48,128 nt of DNA from Squalus acanthias (taxonomy: Eukaryota). Position 1 is the stretch's first letter, and each line of letters opens with the position of its first letter. The stretch is taken from NCBI GenBank assembly GCA_030390025.1, contig JASTWF010000034.1, positions 6,076,001-6,124,128 of the forward strand. The letters run 5' to 3'. The translations under genes were made by a program, and so were the position numbers. Below, piece by piece: positions 10,241-22,562 of the stretch. The notes below the pieces were generated by a model. The model ran no database searches, was not told the DNA's origin, and saw nothing but the letters and a program-made list of their open reading frames with translations.

Positions 10241-11139
10241 TGAACTTAGTGACGATTGTGATCCTGTCTCGGGGAAAGTGTGGTCTCTCCAAATGTGTCA
10301 CTCGCTACCTGGTGGCCATGGCAGCGGCGGATCTACTGGTCGTTATCCTCGACCTGATATTGAGGCACATTCCGATTGTTTATAGGGAACAGTTTGATTT
10401 CGTGCGGTCCATCCCCGTGTGTAATATCCACGCCGTCCTGCTGTTCGCAGCCACAGACTGTTCTGTCTGGTTCACCGTCACTTTCACCTTTGATCGATTT
10501 GTGGCCATTTGTTGCCAGAAGCTGAAAACTAAACATTGCACCGAGAAAACGGCGGCTGTGGTTCTGGGAACAGTGACTGTGCTGAGCGGTTTAAAGAACA
10601 TCACCTGGTATTTTATGTTCACAGGTCGGTATTGGCTTCAGAACGACCCCTGGTTTTGTGATGTCACAATGGATTTTCAGAATTCACGGGTCTGGGGAAT
10701 AGTCGAGTTCCTTCATTATATTCTCACCCCGTGTGTCCCATTTGTGGTGATTCTGCTGCTCAATGCTGTCACCGTCAGACACATTTTAGTGGCCAGCAGA
10801 GCCCGCAGGAGACTCCGGGGTCCCAGCAGTGGGGAGAGTCCCAGAGACCCAGAGATGGAGAGCCGCAGGAAATCCATCATTTTACTGCTTGTTATCTCCG
10901 GCAATTTCATCCTGTTATGGGCAGTGTTTATGGTGTATTCTATATGGAACCGGATGTGGTATTTGGGGTATTATTCTGTACTTCCACCGTATTATGTTAT
11001 GGAACTGGGATTCATGCTGCAGCTGCTGAGTTGCTGCACAAACACTGGGATTTACGCCGTGACCCAGACTAAGTTCAGAGAGCAGTTGAAGAATGTGGGG
11101 AAATATCCCTTTACTCTGATTGTAAAATTCATTAAATGA
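10241..11139 (+). CDS. GPR139/GPR142-like class A GPCR, coding exon 2 (end of TM1 to TM7 and C-tail), open frame
   Basis: Acceptor ttccttcctcacag; YLVAMAAADLLV (TM2), Cys at TM3 start, FTFDRFVAIC (DRY-like), TM5 PCVPF, TM7 SCCTNTGIYAVTQTKFREQL; no stops. Confidence 0.93.
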
Positions 11140-11196
11140 TGAGAAGAAACTGAGACTTTGCAGCCTGAGAGTTGACAGTTCCCTGGGCCTGATATT

Positions 11197-11900
11197 GTGG
11201 GGCCCCGCACAGAGATGGCGGCTCCGGGGCCCAGCACAAAGATGGCAGCTCTGGGGCTCCGCACAAAGATGGCGGCTCTGGGGCCCTGCAAAAAGATGGC
11301 GGCTCTGCAGCCCAGCACAAAGATGGCGGCTCTGGGACCCCGCCCAAAGATGGCGGCTCTGGAGTTCCGCACAAAGATGGTGGCTCCGGGTCCACGAATG
11401 GAAATGGGAGCACTGGGGACCCGCACAAAGATGGTGGCTCCGGGTCCACGCACAAAAATGGGGGCTCCGGGTCCACGCACAAAAATGGGGGCACTGGGGA
11501 CCCGCACAAAGATGGCAGCTCTGGGGCCCCGCACAAAGATGGTGGCTCCGGGTCCACGCACAAAAATGGGGGCACTGGCGCTCCGCACAAAGATGGCTCC
11601 TCTGGCGCTCAGCAAAAAGATGGTGGCTCTGGAACCCCGCTCAAAGATGGCGGTACCCGCGCCCTGCACAAAGATGGCGTCTCTGGGGACCAGCACAAAA
11701 AGTAGTCTCTGGGGCACAGCACAAAGATGGCAGCACCCGCGTCCTGCACAAATATGGCGGCTCCGGCGCCCGACAGAAAGATGGCGGCACTGGGGTCACG
11801 CACAAAGATCGCGGCTCTGGGGCCGCGCACAAGGATTGCGGCTCAGGAGCCCCGTACAAAGATGGCGGCTCAGGAGCCCCGCACAAGGATTGCGGCAGTC
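11197..11900 (+). repeat. 27-bp CpG-rich tandem repeat (ctggggccccgcacaaagatggcggct), about 26 units, carrying YY1-type motifs
   Basis: 9-aa periodicity in the ORF track; AAGATGGCGGC exact in 6 units by manual count, near-matches in most others. Confidence 0.92.
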
Positions 11901-12065
11901 ACTCGGTGTCTTTCCCTGGCGGCGGGCGGAGAGTGTCTGGATGGCGGGAGCAGTTGGAGTCCCGGTTACTGTGAGAGCGGGCGGCGAGGCGGAGCAGCCT
12001 GGCCCGGCACGGCCCACAGGACCCCGAGCAGGCCAGCCCGGGGAGGAGATGGCCCGGCACCAGGA
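11900..12065. promoter_or_regulatory. GC/CpG-rich unique segment next to the YY1-motif array (promoter-like or first-exon-like)
   Basis: High CpG density and GGGCGG boxes in an otherwise CpG-poor region. Confidence 0.4.
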
Positions 12066-12436
12066 CTTTATTAGTCATTATAACATTTAAAATCATTACA
12101 ACACTTTACAGATCTTTTATAACCCTTTATAAATCATTATGACCATTAATAAAACATTATAACGCTTTTTCAATCATTATGACACTTAATAAATCATTTT
12201 TATAACTGATTCTTGGGATGTGGGCACCGCTGACAAGGCCAGCATTTATTTCCCATCAGCAGGTGGTGGGGAGCCGCCTGAGACAAGTGAATGTCTTGCT
12301 GGGCCATTTCAGAGTCAACCACATTGCAGTGGTCTGGATTTACATTTCAGCCAGACCAGGTAAGGACAGCAGATTTCTCTCCCGATAGGCCATTAGTGAA
12401 CCAGGTGGAACTTTACGACAATCCGGTACGTTCATG

Positions 12437-12622
12437 ATGTGGAGATGCCGGTGTTGGACTGGGGTGGACAAATGTGAGAAGTCGCACAACACCAGGTTAT
12501 AGTCCAACAGATTTATTTGAAATCACAAGCTTTCGGAGCGCTGCTCCTTCGTCAGGTTTAGAGAAGACATGCATATATAGTCAGAGAACACTGCCAGATG
12601 ACTACAGTTAATCTTATCTTGT
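12437..12622 (-). mobile_element. Penelope-like element terminal fragment
   Basis: 12481-12556 is the reverse complement of 17704-17785 in the GIY-YIG-bearing Penelope fragment. Confidence 0.8.
12523..12558 (-). ncRNA. Minimal hammerhead ribozyme core (Penelope-associated), stem I damaged
   Basis: Minus strand: CTGACGA-a-GGAGC-agc-GCTCC-GAAA-gctt-gtga. Confidence 0.65.
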
Positions 12623-13237
12623 CTGCTTTCATGGTCACCCTTATTGACATAAGCTTTTCATTCCAGATTTGTTTAATTAATTGAATTTAAATTCCCCCAG
12701 CTTTTGGGATTTGAACACATGTCTCTGGATCATTTGTCCAGTCATCTGGTTTACTATTCCAGCAACATAACCACTATGCTACCGTACCCTTCAAATATAT
12801 CGCCGTTCTTTCATCGTCACTGGGTCAAAAGCTTGAAAATCCTTCAGTAACAGTATTGTGGGAGCACCTTCACCACACGGACTGCAGCGGCTCAAGATGA
12901 AGGCCCACCATTTTCTCATGGGTAACTAGGAATGGGCAAGTGATACCAACCTTGACAGAGTCACGCCAAGCCTGATAACAAATACATAGAAATAATAAAA
13001 TAGGATTAAAATCAATGATTTTATAATTCATTGATTGAAACCAGATGAGGCCTGTGACCAGAGCGGGGCGTCAAGTACGCTAAACAAATTGTCAACACCA
13101 CTTGGATCACCAATTCTATCGTTGTATGATTGATACTACTCACACTTTCCCAATTTCCCAATCATTACAAAAGGTGCTTAATAAAGGATCACATATTACC
13201 AAAATTGAAGCCCATGGGAATAAAGTGGCAGTGACAA

Positions 13238-15905
13238 CAGTGAGTGGTGTGGGGTATATCAGTATGTAAGAGAGAATTACATTGAGGGGTTTATCAGAGT
13301 ATAACAATGAGGTTTGGGGTATATCAGAGTGTAACAGTGCAGGGGTTGGGGTATATCAGAGTATTACAGTGAGGGGTGTGGGGTATATCAGAGTTACAGT
13401 GAGGTGTGGATATATCTGAGTATTACAGTGAGGGGTGTGGGGTTTATCAGCGTGTTGCAGTGAGGGGTGTGGGGTTTATCAGAGTGTTACAGTGAGGGGT
13501 GTGGGGTTTATCAGCATGTTGCGGTGAGGGGTGTGGGAAATATCATAGTGTTACCGTGAGGGGTGTGGGGTATATTAGCATGTGCAGTGAGGTGTGTGGG
13601 GTATATCAGAGAGTTACAGTGAGTCATGTGGGGTATATCAGAGTGTTAATGTGAAGGATGTGGGATACATCAGAGTGTTACAGCAAGATATGTGCGGTAT
13701 ATCAGAGCATTACAGTGAGGCATGTGGGATATATCAGAGTGTTAAAGTGAGGTCAGTGGGGTATTTCGGTCTGTTACAGTGAGAGGTTTGTAATATATAA
13801 GAGGATTAAATTAAGGGGTATATCAGAGTGGTACAGAGAGGTGTGTGAGGTATATCAGTGTTACTGTAAGGGATGTGTGGGGTATATCAGAGTGCTATAG
13901 TCAGGGGCGTGGGTTTATATCAGTGTTACAGTAAGGGGTGTTGGGAATATAGATATTTACAGTGAGGGGTGTGTGGGGTATATCAGAGTGTTGTAGTCAG
14001 GGGAGTGGGTTTACATCAAAGTGCTACAGTGAGGGGTGTGGGGTACATCAGAGTAATACAATGAGCGGTGTTGTGTATGTCAGAGTTTTACAGTGAGAGG
14101 TGTTGGGTATATCAGAGTGTTACAGTGAGGGGTGTGGGGTACATCACAGTAATACAATGAGCAGTGTTGGGTTAATTAACACAGTGTTACAGTGAGAGGT
14201 GTGGTGTATAACAGAGTGTTACAATCAGGGCTGTGGGTTTATATGAGTGTTTTACATTGAAGGGTGTCGGGTATATCAGAGTGTTTCAGCGAGGGGTATG
14301 GCGTATATCAGAGTGTTACAGTGAGGGGTGTGGGGTATATCAGAGTGTTACAGCGAGGGGTAAGGAGTATATCAGAAAGTGTTACAGTGAGGGGGGTGGG
14401 GTAAAATGTTATGTTACAGTGAGAGGTTTAAGAACATAAGAACTAGGAGCAGGAGTCGGCCATTCGGCCCCTTGCGTCTGCTCCACCATTCAATGACATC
14501 ATGGCTGATTTTCTGCCTCAATTCCATTCACCTGCCTTATCTCGATATCCCTTGATGCCCTTACTAGTCAGAAATCTATCGACTTCTGTTTTGAATATAT
14601 TCAATGACTGAGCCTCCACAACCCTCTGGGGTAGAGAATTCCAAAGATTCACCACCCTCTGTGTGAAGAAATGTCTTTATTAGAGTTAGATATATTTCTT
14701 AAGGCTAAGGGGATCAAGGGATATGGGGAGAAAGCAGCGACAGGGTACTGAATTTGGATGATCAGCCATGATCGCATTGAATGGTGGAGCAGGCTCGATG
14801 GGCCGAATGGCCTACTCCTGCTCCTATCTTCTATGTTTCTATGATTCTCATCTCAGTCCTGAAATGCCTACCCTTTATCATGAGGATGTGCCCCTGTTTC
14901 TAGACTCCCCAGCCAAGAGAAACATTCTCACAGCATCCAAACTATCAAGCCCTGTAATAATTGTTTATGCTTCAATGAGATCCCCTCTCATTCTTCTGAA
15001 TTCAAGAGAATACAGGCCTAGTTTACTCAATCTCTTCTCATACGACAGTCCCGCCTTCCCAGGAATTAATCTCGTGAACCTTCGTTGCACTCCCTCTATG
15101 GCAAGTATTTCTTTAATAAGGTAAGGAGACCAAAATTGTTAACAGTACTCCAGGTGCGGTCTCACCAAGGTCCTCTATCAAGGGATTAAGACCTGTTTAC
15201 TCCTGTACTCAAATCCTCTTGTAATGAAGGCCAGCATACCATTTGCCTTCCTTGGGGTATGTAAGAGAGTGTTATAATCAGGAGTGTGGGGTATATCAGA
15301 GTGTTACAGTGAGGGGTGTGGTTTATATCAGAGTGTTATAGTGAGGGGTGTGGGGTATATCAGATTATTATAGTGATGGGTGTGGGGTATATCAAATTGT
15401 TACAGTGAGGGTTGTGGGGTATATCAGAGTGTTAAAGGGAGGTGAGTTGGGTATATCGGTCTGTTGCAGTGAGAGGTTTGGGATATGTAAGAGAGGATTA
15501 AATTATGGGGTATATCAGAGTGTTAATGAGGTGTGTGAGGTATATCAGAGTGTTAAATTGAGGGGAGCGGCGTATATCAGAGTGTTACCATAAGGGGTGT
15601 GGGGTATATCGGTGTGTTACACGAAGGCATGTGTGGGGTATATCAGAGTGTTGTAGTCAGGGGAGTGGGTTTGCATCAGAGTGCTACAGTTACGGGTGTG
15701 GGGTACATCAGAGTAATGCAATGACCAGTGTTGGGCATATCAGGGTGTTACAGTGAGGGGTGTGGTGTATAACAGAGTGTTACAGTCAGGAGTCTGGGGT
15801 TATATCAGTGTGTTACATTGAGGGGTGTCGGGTATATCAGAGTGTTACAGCGAGGGAAATGCAGTATATCACAAAGTGTTACAGTGAGGGGAGTGGGGTA
15901 TTTCC
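13238..15905 (+). repeat. Degenerate 32-bp G/T-rich satellite (gtgttacagtgaggggtgtggggtatatcaga), interrupted by CR1 at about 14430-15252
   Basis: Direct tandem periodicity on both sides of the insertion. Confidence 0.9.
14430..15252 (-). mobile_element. CR1 3' fragment (-) containing an oppositely oriented CR1 3' end at about 14680-14845 (+)
   Basis: CR1 terminal hairpin ggccgaatggcc with cttatgtt/ctatgtt tails in both orientations. Confidence 0.85.
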
Positions 15906-16525
15906 AGAGGGATAGAATTGCAAAGCAGGGAGGTTATGTTAAACTTGTACTGACCATGGGTTATATCATACTTGGAGTACTGTGAAAAGCTCCGGTCTCC
16001 ATATTATTACGAGAGGCCCAATGGCCTACTCCTGCTCTTATTTCTTATGTTCTTAATATAGAGGCACTGGAGAAGGAGATTTGTAAGGATGATCCTAGAA
16101 CTGAGAGGATATACTTATCAGGAAAGGCTGAACAGGCTGGGTCTCTTTTCTCTTGAAGAAAGAGAATGCTGATGGATGACCGGATAGAGGTCTTTAAGAT
16201 TATGAGAAGGTTATAAAGGGTGGTCGTGGAGAAAATGTTTCCACTTGTGGGAGTCCAAAACTGGAGATCATCAATATAAGATAGTCACTAATAAATCAAA
16301 TGGAGAATTCAGGAGAAATTCTTCACCCAAAGAGAGGTGAGAATGTGGAACTCGCTACCACAGGGAGTAGTGGAGGCGGATAGTACAGATGCATTTAAGG
16401 AGAAGCTCGATAAACACATGAGGGAGAAAGGAATATAAGGTTATGCTAATAGAATTAGATGAAGAGGGGCGAGAGGAGGCTTGTGTGGGGAATAAACACC
16501 GGCACAAACCAATTGGGCAGAATAG
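15905..16525 (+). mobile_element. CR1 3' fragment, degenerate
   Basis: LEYC, GLFSL, FFT.R..RMWNSLP-like sequence. Confidence 0.8.
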
Positions 16526-17176
16526 GTCAGAGGCAGAGTAAATGTACCCCAACACTGCCCCATCAAACTCTCCCAGGACAGGCACAACACGACTTAGACA
16601 CAGTGTAAATCTCCCTCAGCACTGCCCCATCAAACACTCCCAGGGCAGTTTCAGCAAAGGTTAGATACAGAGTAAAGGTCCCTCTACACTGTCCCATCAA
16701 ACTCTCTCAGGGCAGGTACAGCACAGGTTAGATACAGAGTAAAGCTCCCTTTACACTGTCCCATCAAACACTCCCAGGGCAGGTACAGCACGGGTTAGAT
16801 ACAGAGTAAAGGTCCCTCTACACTGGCCCAACAAACTCTCACAGGGCAGGTACAGCACAGGTTAGATACAGAGTAAAGCTCCCTCTACACTGTCCCATCA
16901 AACACTCCCAGTGCAGGTACAGCACGGTTTAGATACAGAGTTAAGTTCCCTCTACACTGTCCCATGAAACAACACTCACAGGACAGGTTAAGACCATGTT
17001 TGATACTGGGAAAGCTGACTCTAGACTTTCCCCTCAAACTCTCCCAGGACAGGCACAACACGATTTAGCTACAGAGTTAAGCGCCCTCTTCAATGTCCCA
17101 TCAAACCCACCCAGGGCTGTTTCAGCACAGGTTAGATACAGAGTAAATCTCACTCTACGCTTTCTCATCAAACACT

Positions 17177-17794
17177 TTTGTTACCTCCCAGTCGGGGAAC
17201 ACTTCAGCAGTCAAGGACATTCAGCCTCGGATCTGCGGGTAAGCGTTCTCCAAGGCAACCTTAGGAACACACGACAGCGCAAAATCATCGAGCAGAAACT
17301 GATAGCCAAGTTCCGCACTCATGAAGACGGTCTCAACCGGGATCTTGGGTTTATGTCACGATACATGACGTGATCCGGACTCGAGTAGTCGTTGGCTTGT
17401 TCACAGATGTGATTCCCAGTAAAAAAGTAAAAAATTTTCCAGGTAAAAAAGTAAAAATTTTACAGCTTATCGTTTTACATAGACGGCAGCATTTGACACG
17501 TTAGACCCCCTGCGACTCCACCTCATTGTCTCAGTTGTATCTTGCTATGTCTTTGATGTGGTACCTTCCTGGCTGACCTGATTAACTTTATCACACCTCG
17601 GCAGATAGTCACGATGATTTAATTTAGTTGTCTGCAATTGTAAGGTACACATGCATTGTTCTCTATCTATATATGCTTTGTCGAGTCTGTATTTCTCCAC
17701 TTCACCTGAGGAAGGGGCGATCGATAGCTCCGAAAGCTTGTGATTTCAAATAAAACTGTTGGACTACAACCTGGTGTTGTGCGACCTCTCAATT
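17177..17794 (+). mobile_element. 5'-truncated Penelope-like element: GIY-YIG endonuclease C-terminus and 3' region, with 12-bp flanking duplication TCATCAAACACT
   Basis: LPVGEHFSSQGHSASDLRVSVLQG...RKIIEQKLIAKFRTHEDGLNRDLGF; duplication at 17165-17176 and 17795-17806. Confidence 0.9.
17702..17743 (+). ncRNA. Minimal hammerhead ribozyme (Penelope-associated)
   Basis: tcac-CTGAGGA-a-GGGGC-gatcgata-GCTCC-GAAA-gctt-gtga: core boxes, stem II, stem I tcac/gtga, palindromic AAGCTT in place of stem III. Confidence 0.7.
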
Positions 17795-18653
17795 TCATCA
17801 AACACTCCCACAGGAGGTTCAGAATATGTTTGACACAGAGTAAAGTTCCCTCTACAGTGTCCCATTAAACTCTCACAGGACAGGTACAGCACAGGTTAGA
17901 TACAGCGTAAAGTTCATCTCTGCATTGTCCCATCAAACACTCCCCTGGCAGGTTCAGACCATGTTTGATACAGTTTAGAGCTCCCTCTACACTGTCCCAT
18001 GAAACCCGTCCAGGGCAGGTACAGCACTGGTTAGATACAGAGTAAATCTCCCTCTACATTGTCCCATCCAACACTCCCAGGGCAGGTTCAAACAATGATT
18101 GGTAAAGAGTAAAGCTCTCACTACACTGTCCCATCAAACACTCCCAGGGCAGGAACAGCATGGGTTAGATACAGAGTAAAGCTCCCTCTACAATGTCCCA
18201 TCAAACATTTAAAGGGCATGTACAGCAGGGGTTAGAAACAGAGTAAAGCTCCCTCGACACTGTCCCATCAAACTCCCCCATGGCAGGTACAGCACGGTTA
18301 AGATACAGAGTAAAACTCCCTTTACACTGTCCCATCAAACCCGTCCAGGACAGGCAGAACACGAGTTAGACAGAGAGAGTAAAGCTGCATCAACACTGTC
18401 CAATTTAACACTCCCAGGGCTGGTACAGCATGTGTTAGAAACAGAGTAAAACACCCTCTAAACTGTCCCATCAAACACCCCCAGTGCATGTACAGCATGG
18501 GTTAGATACAGAGTAAAGCTGCCTCTACACTGTCCCATCAAACAACCCCAGGGCATGTACAGCATGGGTTAGATACAGAGTAAAGCTGCCTCTACACTGT
18601 CCCATCAAACAACCCCAGGGTAGGGACAGCACCGGTTAGATACAGAGTAAAGA

Positions 18654-18950
18654 GGAAGCTACTTCATTAAATAAATTTAAAACAGAAATAGATCGTTTCC
18701 TAGAAGTCAAGGGAATCAGGGGTTACGGGGAGCGGGCTGGAAATTGGACATGAGTTTGAGTTCGGATCGGTCAAGGCCCTGTGGGTGGCGGAGCGGGCCC
18801 AGGGGCTGCGTGGCCGGGTCCTGCTCCTGCTTCTTGTGTTCTTTAGAGTTGAGGTTGGATTAGATCAGCCATGATCTCATTGAATGGCGGAGCAGGCTCG
18901 AGGGGCCGATTGGTCTACTCCTGCTCCTATTTCTTATGTTCTGATGTTCT
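18654..18950 (+). mobile_element. CR1 3' end inserted in the satellite
   Basis: FKTEIDRFL coding end, 3' hairpin, ttcttatgttctgatgttct tail. Confidence 0.85.
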
Positions 18951-19621
18951 TAAAGATCCCTCTACACTGTCCCATGAAACACTCTCATGGCAGGTTCAGA
19001 CCACGTTTGATACAGAGTAAAGATCCCTCTACACTGTCCCATCAAACACTGCCTGGGCAGGTTCAGAACAGGTTAGATAGAGTAAATCTCCCTCTGAACT
19101 GTCCCAGCAAACCACTCCCAGGGCAGGTTCAGACCACGTTTGATAGAGTAAAGCTCTCTCTACACTGTCCCATTAAACCCATCCAGGACATGCAGAACAC
19201 GAGTAAGACAGATTAAAACTCCCTCGACACTATCCCATCAAACTCTCCCAGAGCAGGTACAGCATGTGTTAGATACAGACTAAAGCTGCCTCTACAGTGT
19301 CCCATCAAACCCTTCCAAGACAGGCACAACACGAGTTAGACACAAAGTAAAGTTACATCAACACAGGCCCATCAAACACTCCCAAAGCAGGTGCAGCATG
19401 GATTAGATACAGATTAAAGACCCGTTTACACTGTCCAATTAAACTCTCCCAGGGCAGGTAAAGCACAGGGTAGATACAGAGTGAACCTCCCTCTACAATG
19501 TAACATCAAACACTCTCAGGGCAGGTACAGCACGGGTTAGATACAGAGAAAAACTCTCTACACTGTCCCATCAAAAAATCCCAGGGCAGGTTCAGACAAT
19601 GTTTGGTCCAGAGTCAAGCTC

Positions 19622-21170
19622 GGAAATGAATATTTTGCATCTGTGTTCACTGTGGAGAAGGACGATGGAGGCATAGAAATCAGGCAGGGGGATTGTGACA
19701 TACTTGAACAAATTAGTATTGAGAGGGAGGAGGTACTAGCGGTTTTAGCGGGATTAAAAGTGGATAAATCCCCAGGCCCTGACGGGATGTGTCCCAGGCT
19801 GCTGTGTGAGGCAAGGGAGGAGACTGCAGGGGCTCGGACACAAATTTGCAGAACCTCTCTGACCACAGGGGAGGTGCCAGAGGACTGGAGAACAGCTAAC
19901 GTAGTACCATTGTTCAAGAAGGGTAGTAGGGATAAACCAGGGAATTACAGGCCAGTGAGCCTCACATCAGTGATAGGGAAATTATTGGAAAAAATTCTGA
20001 GGGACAGAATTAGTCTCAACTTGGAGAGGCAAGGATTAATGAGGGACAGTCAGCATGGCTTTGTCAGGGGGAGATCATATCTAACCAATTTGATTGAATT
20101 TTTTGAGGGGGTGACTAGGTGTGTGGATGAGGATAGTGCAGTTGATGTCGTCTACATGGTCTTCAGTAAGGCTTTTGATAAAGTCCCACATGGGAGACTG
20201 GTCAAGAAGGTAAGAGGCCATGGGATCCAAGGCAATTTGGCACATTGGATTCAAAATTGGCTTAGTGGCAGGAGGCAGATGGTGATGGTCGAAGGTTGTT
20301 TTTTGTGAATGGAAACCAGTGTCCAGTGGTGCACCGCAGGGATCGGTGCTGGGTCCTTTGCTGTTTGTAGTGTACATTAATGATTTAGATATGAATGTAA
20401 GTTCACAGATGACACGAAAATTGGTGGAGTGGTAAATAGCGAGAAGGGAAGCCTCAGACTACAGGACGATATAGACGGGTTGGTCAGATGGGCAGAACAG
20501 TGGCAAATGGAATTTAACCCTGAAAAGTGTGAGGTGATGCATTTTGGGAGGACAAACAAGGCAAGGGAATACACAATGAATGGTAGGACCCTAGGAAGGA
20601 CAGAGGATCAGAGGGACCTTGGCGTGCATGTACATAGATCCCTGAAGGCAGCAGGACAGGTAGATAAGGTGGTTAAAAAGGCATATTGGATACTTGCCTT
20701 CATTAGCCGAGGCATAGAATATAAGAGCAGGGAGGTTTTTGACGCAGCTGCACAAAACGCTAGTTAGGCCACAGCTGGAATACTGTGTGCAGTTCTGGTC
20801 ACCACACTATAGGAGGGATGTGATTGCATTGGAGAGGGTGCAGAGGAAATTCACCAGGATGTTACCTGGGCTGGAGCGTTTCAGCTGTGAAGAGAGACTG
20901 GACAGGATGGGGTTGTTTTCCTTAGAGCAGAGAAGGCTGAGGGGGGACCTGATTGAGGTATACAATATTATGAGGGGCATAGCAAGGGTGGATAAAAAGA
21001 AAATTCTTCCCTTCGTAGAGGGGTCAATAACCAGGGGGCCTAGTTTCAAGGTAAGGGGCAGGAGGTTTAGAGGGGATTTGAGGCAAAACTTTTTCACCCA
21101 GAGGGTGGTTGAAATCTGGAGCTCACTCCCTTAAAGGGTGGGAGAGGCAGGAACGCTCACAACATTCAAA
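19622..21170 (+). mobile_element. CR1 ORF2 reverse-transcriptase fragment, disrupted
   Basis: [51 protein letters not shown]. Confidence 0.95.
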
Positions 21171-21856
21171 TCACTCCCAGGACAGGTACAGCACGGGTTA
21201 GATACAGAGTAAAGCTCTCTCTACAATGTCCCATCAAACACTCCCAGGGCAGGTACAGCACGGGTTAGATACAGAGTAAAGCTCCCTCCACAATATCCCA
21301 TCAAACCCTCTCAGGGCAGGTACAGCACGGGTTAGATACAGATTAAAGCTCCCTCCACAATATCCCATCAAACACTCCCAGGGCAGGTACAGCACGGGTT
21401 AGATACAGAGTAAAGCTCCCTCTACAATGTCCCATCAAACACTCCCAGGGCAGGTACAGCACGGGTTAGATACAGAGTAAAGCTCCCTCTACACTGTCGC
21501 ATCAAACCCTCTCAGGACAGGTACAGCACGGGTTAGATACAGATTAAAGCTCCCTCTACAATGTCCCATCAAACACTCTCAGGGCAGGTGCAGCACGGGT
21601 TAGATAGAGTAAAGCTCTCTCTACACTGTCGCATCAAACACTCCCACTGCAGGTACAGCACAGGTTAGACACAGAGTAAATAACCCTCTACAATGTCCCA
21701 TCAAATGCTCCCAGGGCAAGTACAGCTTCTATTAGATGCAGAGTAAAGCTGCCTCTACACTGTCCCATCAAACACTCGCAGGGCAGGTTCAGACCACGTT
21801 TGATAGTGTAAAGCTGCTTCTACACTGTCCCATCAAACATTCCAAGGGCAGGTAGA

Positions 21857-22562
21857 TCAGTAGTTGGGAAAATGCTGGAATCTATTATAAAGGATGCAAT
21901 AACTGGGCACTTAGAAACTAATAGTAAGATTGGGCAGAGTCAACATGGATTTATGAAAGGGAAATCCTGTTTGACAAACATATTGGAGTTCTTTGAGGAT
22001 GTAACTAGTGGAGTAGACAAAGGGGAACCGGTAGATGTGGTGTATCTGGATTTTCATAAGACCTTCGATAAGGTCCCACACAAGAGGTTGGTGAACAAAA
22101 TGAGGGCACATTGAATTGGGGGTAATATACTATCATGGTTTGGGAATTGGTTAACAGACAGAAAACAAAGAGTAGGGAAAAACGGGTCTTTTTCAGAATG
22201 GCAGGCTGCGACTAGTGGGGTACCGCAAGGATCGGTGCTTGGGCCCCAGCTATCCACAATCTATACGAAGGATTTGGATGAGGGGACTAAATGTAACATG
22301 TCCAAATTTGCTGATGATACAAAGCTAGGTGGCAGTGTCAGTTGTGAAGAAGATGCGAAGAGACTTCAAGGGATCTCAAAGGGCTCAGTGAGGGGCGTGA
22401 ACATGGCAGATGGAATATAATGTCGTTAAATGTGAAGTTATCCAGTTTGGTAGACAAAACAGAAAGGCAGAGTATTTCCTAAATGGTGAAAGATTGGGGA
22501 ACGCAGATGCACAAAGGGGCCTGGGTATCCTTGTACATGAGTCATTGAAAGTGAATGTGCAG
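21857..22562 (+). mobile_element. CR1 RT fragment
   Basis: [33 protein letters not shown]. Confidence 0.92.

Larger units (their letters stand above)
12282..12790 (-). mobile_element. tRNA-derived SINE split by a Penelope fragment
   Basis: Minus-strand A-box-like (gtagcatagtggtt) and B-box-like (gttcaaatccc) head at about 12705-12785; body resumes at 12290-12435. Confidence 0.7.

Noticed and set aside
10240..10242. GTG start for a single-exon GPCR
   Set aside because: The G belongs to the splice acceptor AG; TM1 is incomplete without the upstream exon.
11052..12090. Long ORFs on both strands (up to 297 aa)
   Set aside because: Artefacts of the GC-rich 27-bp repeat.
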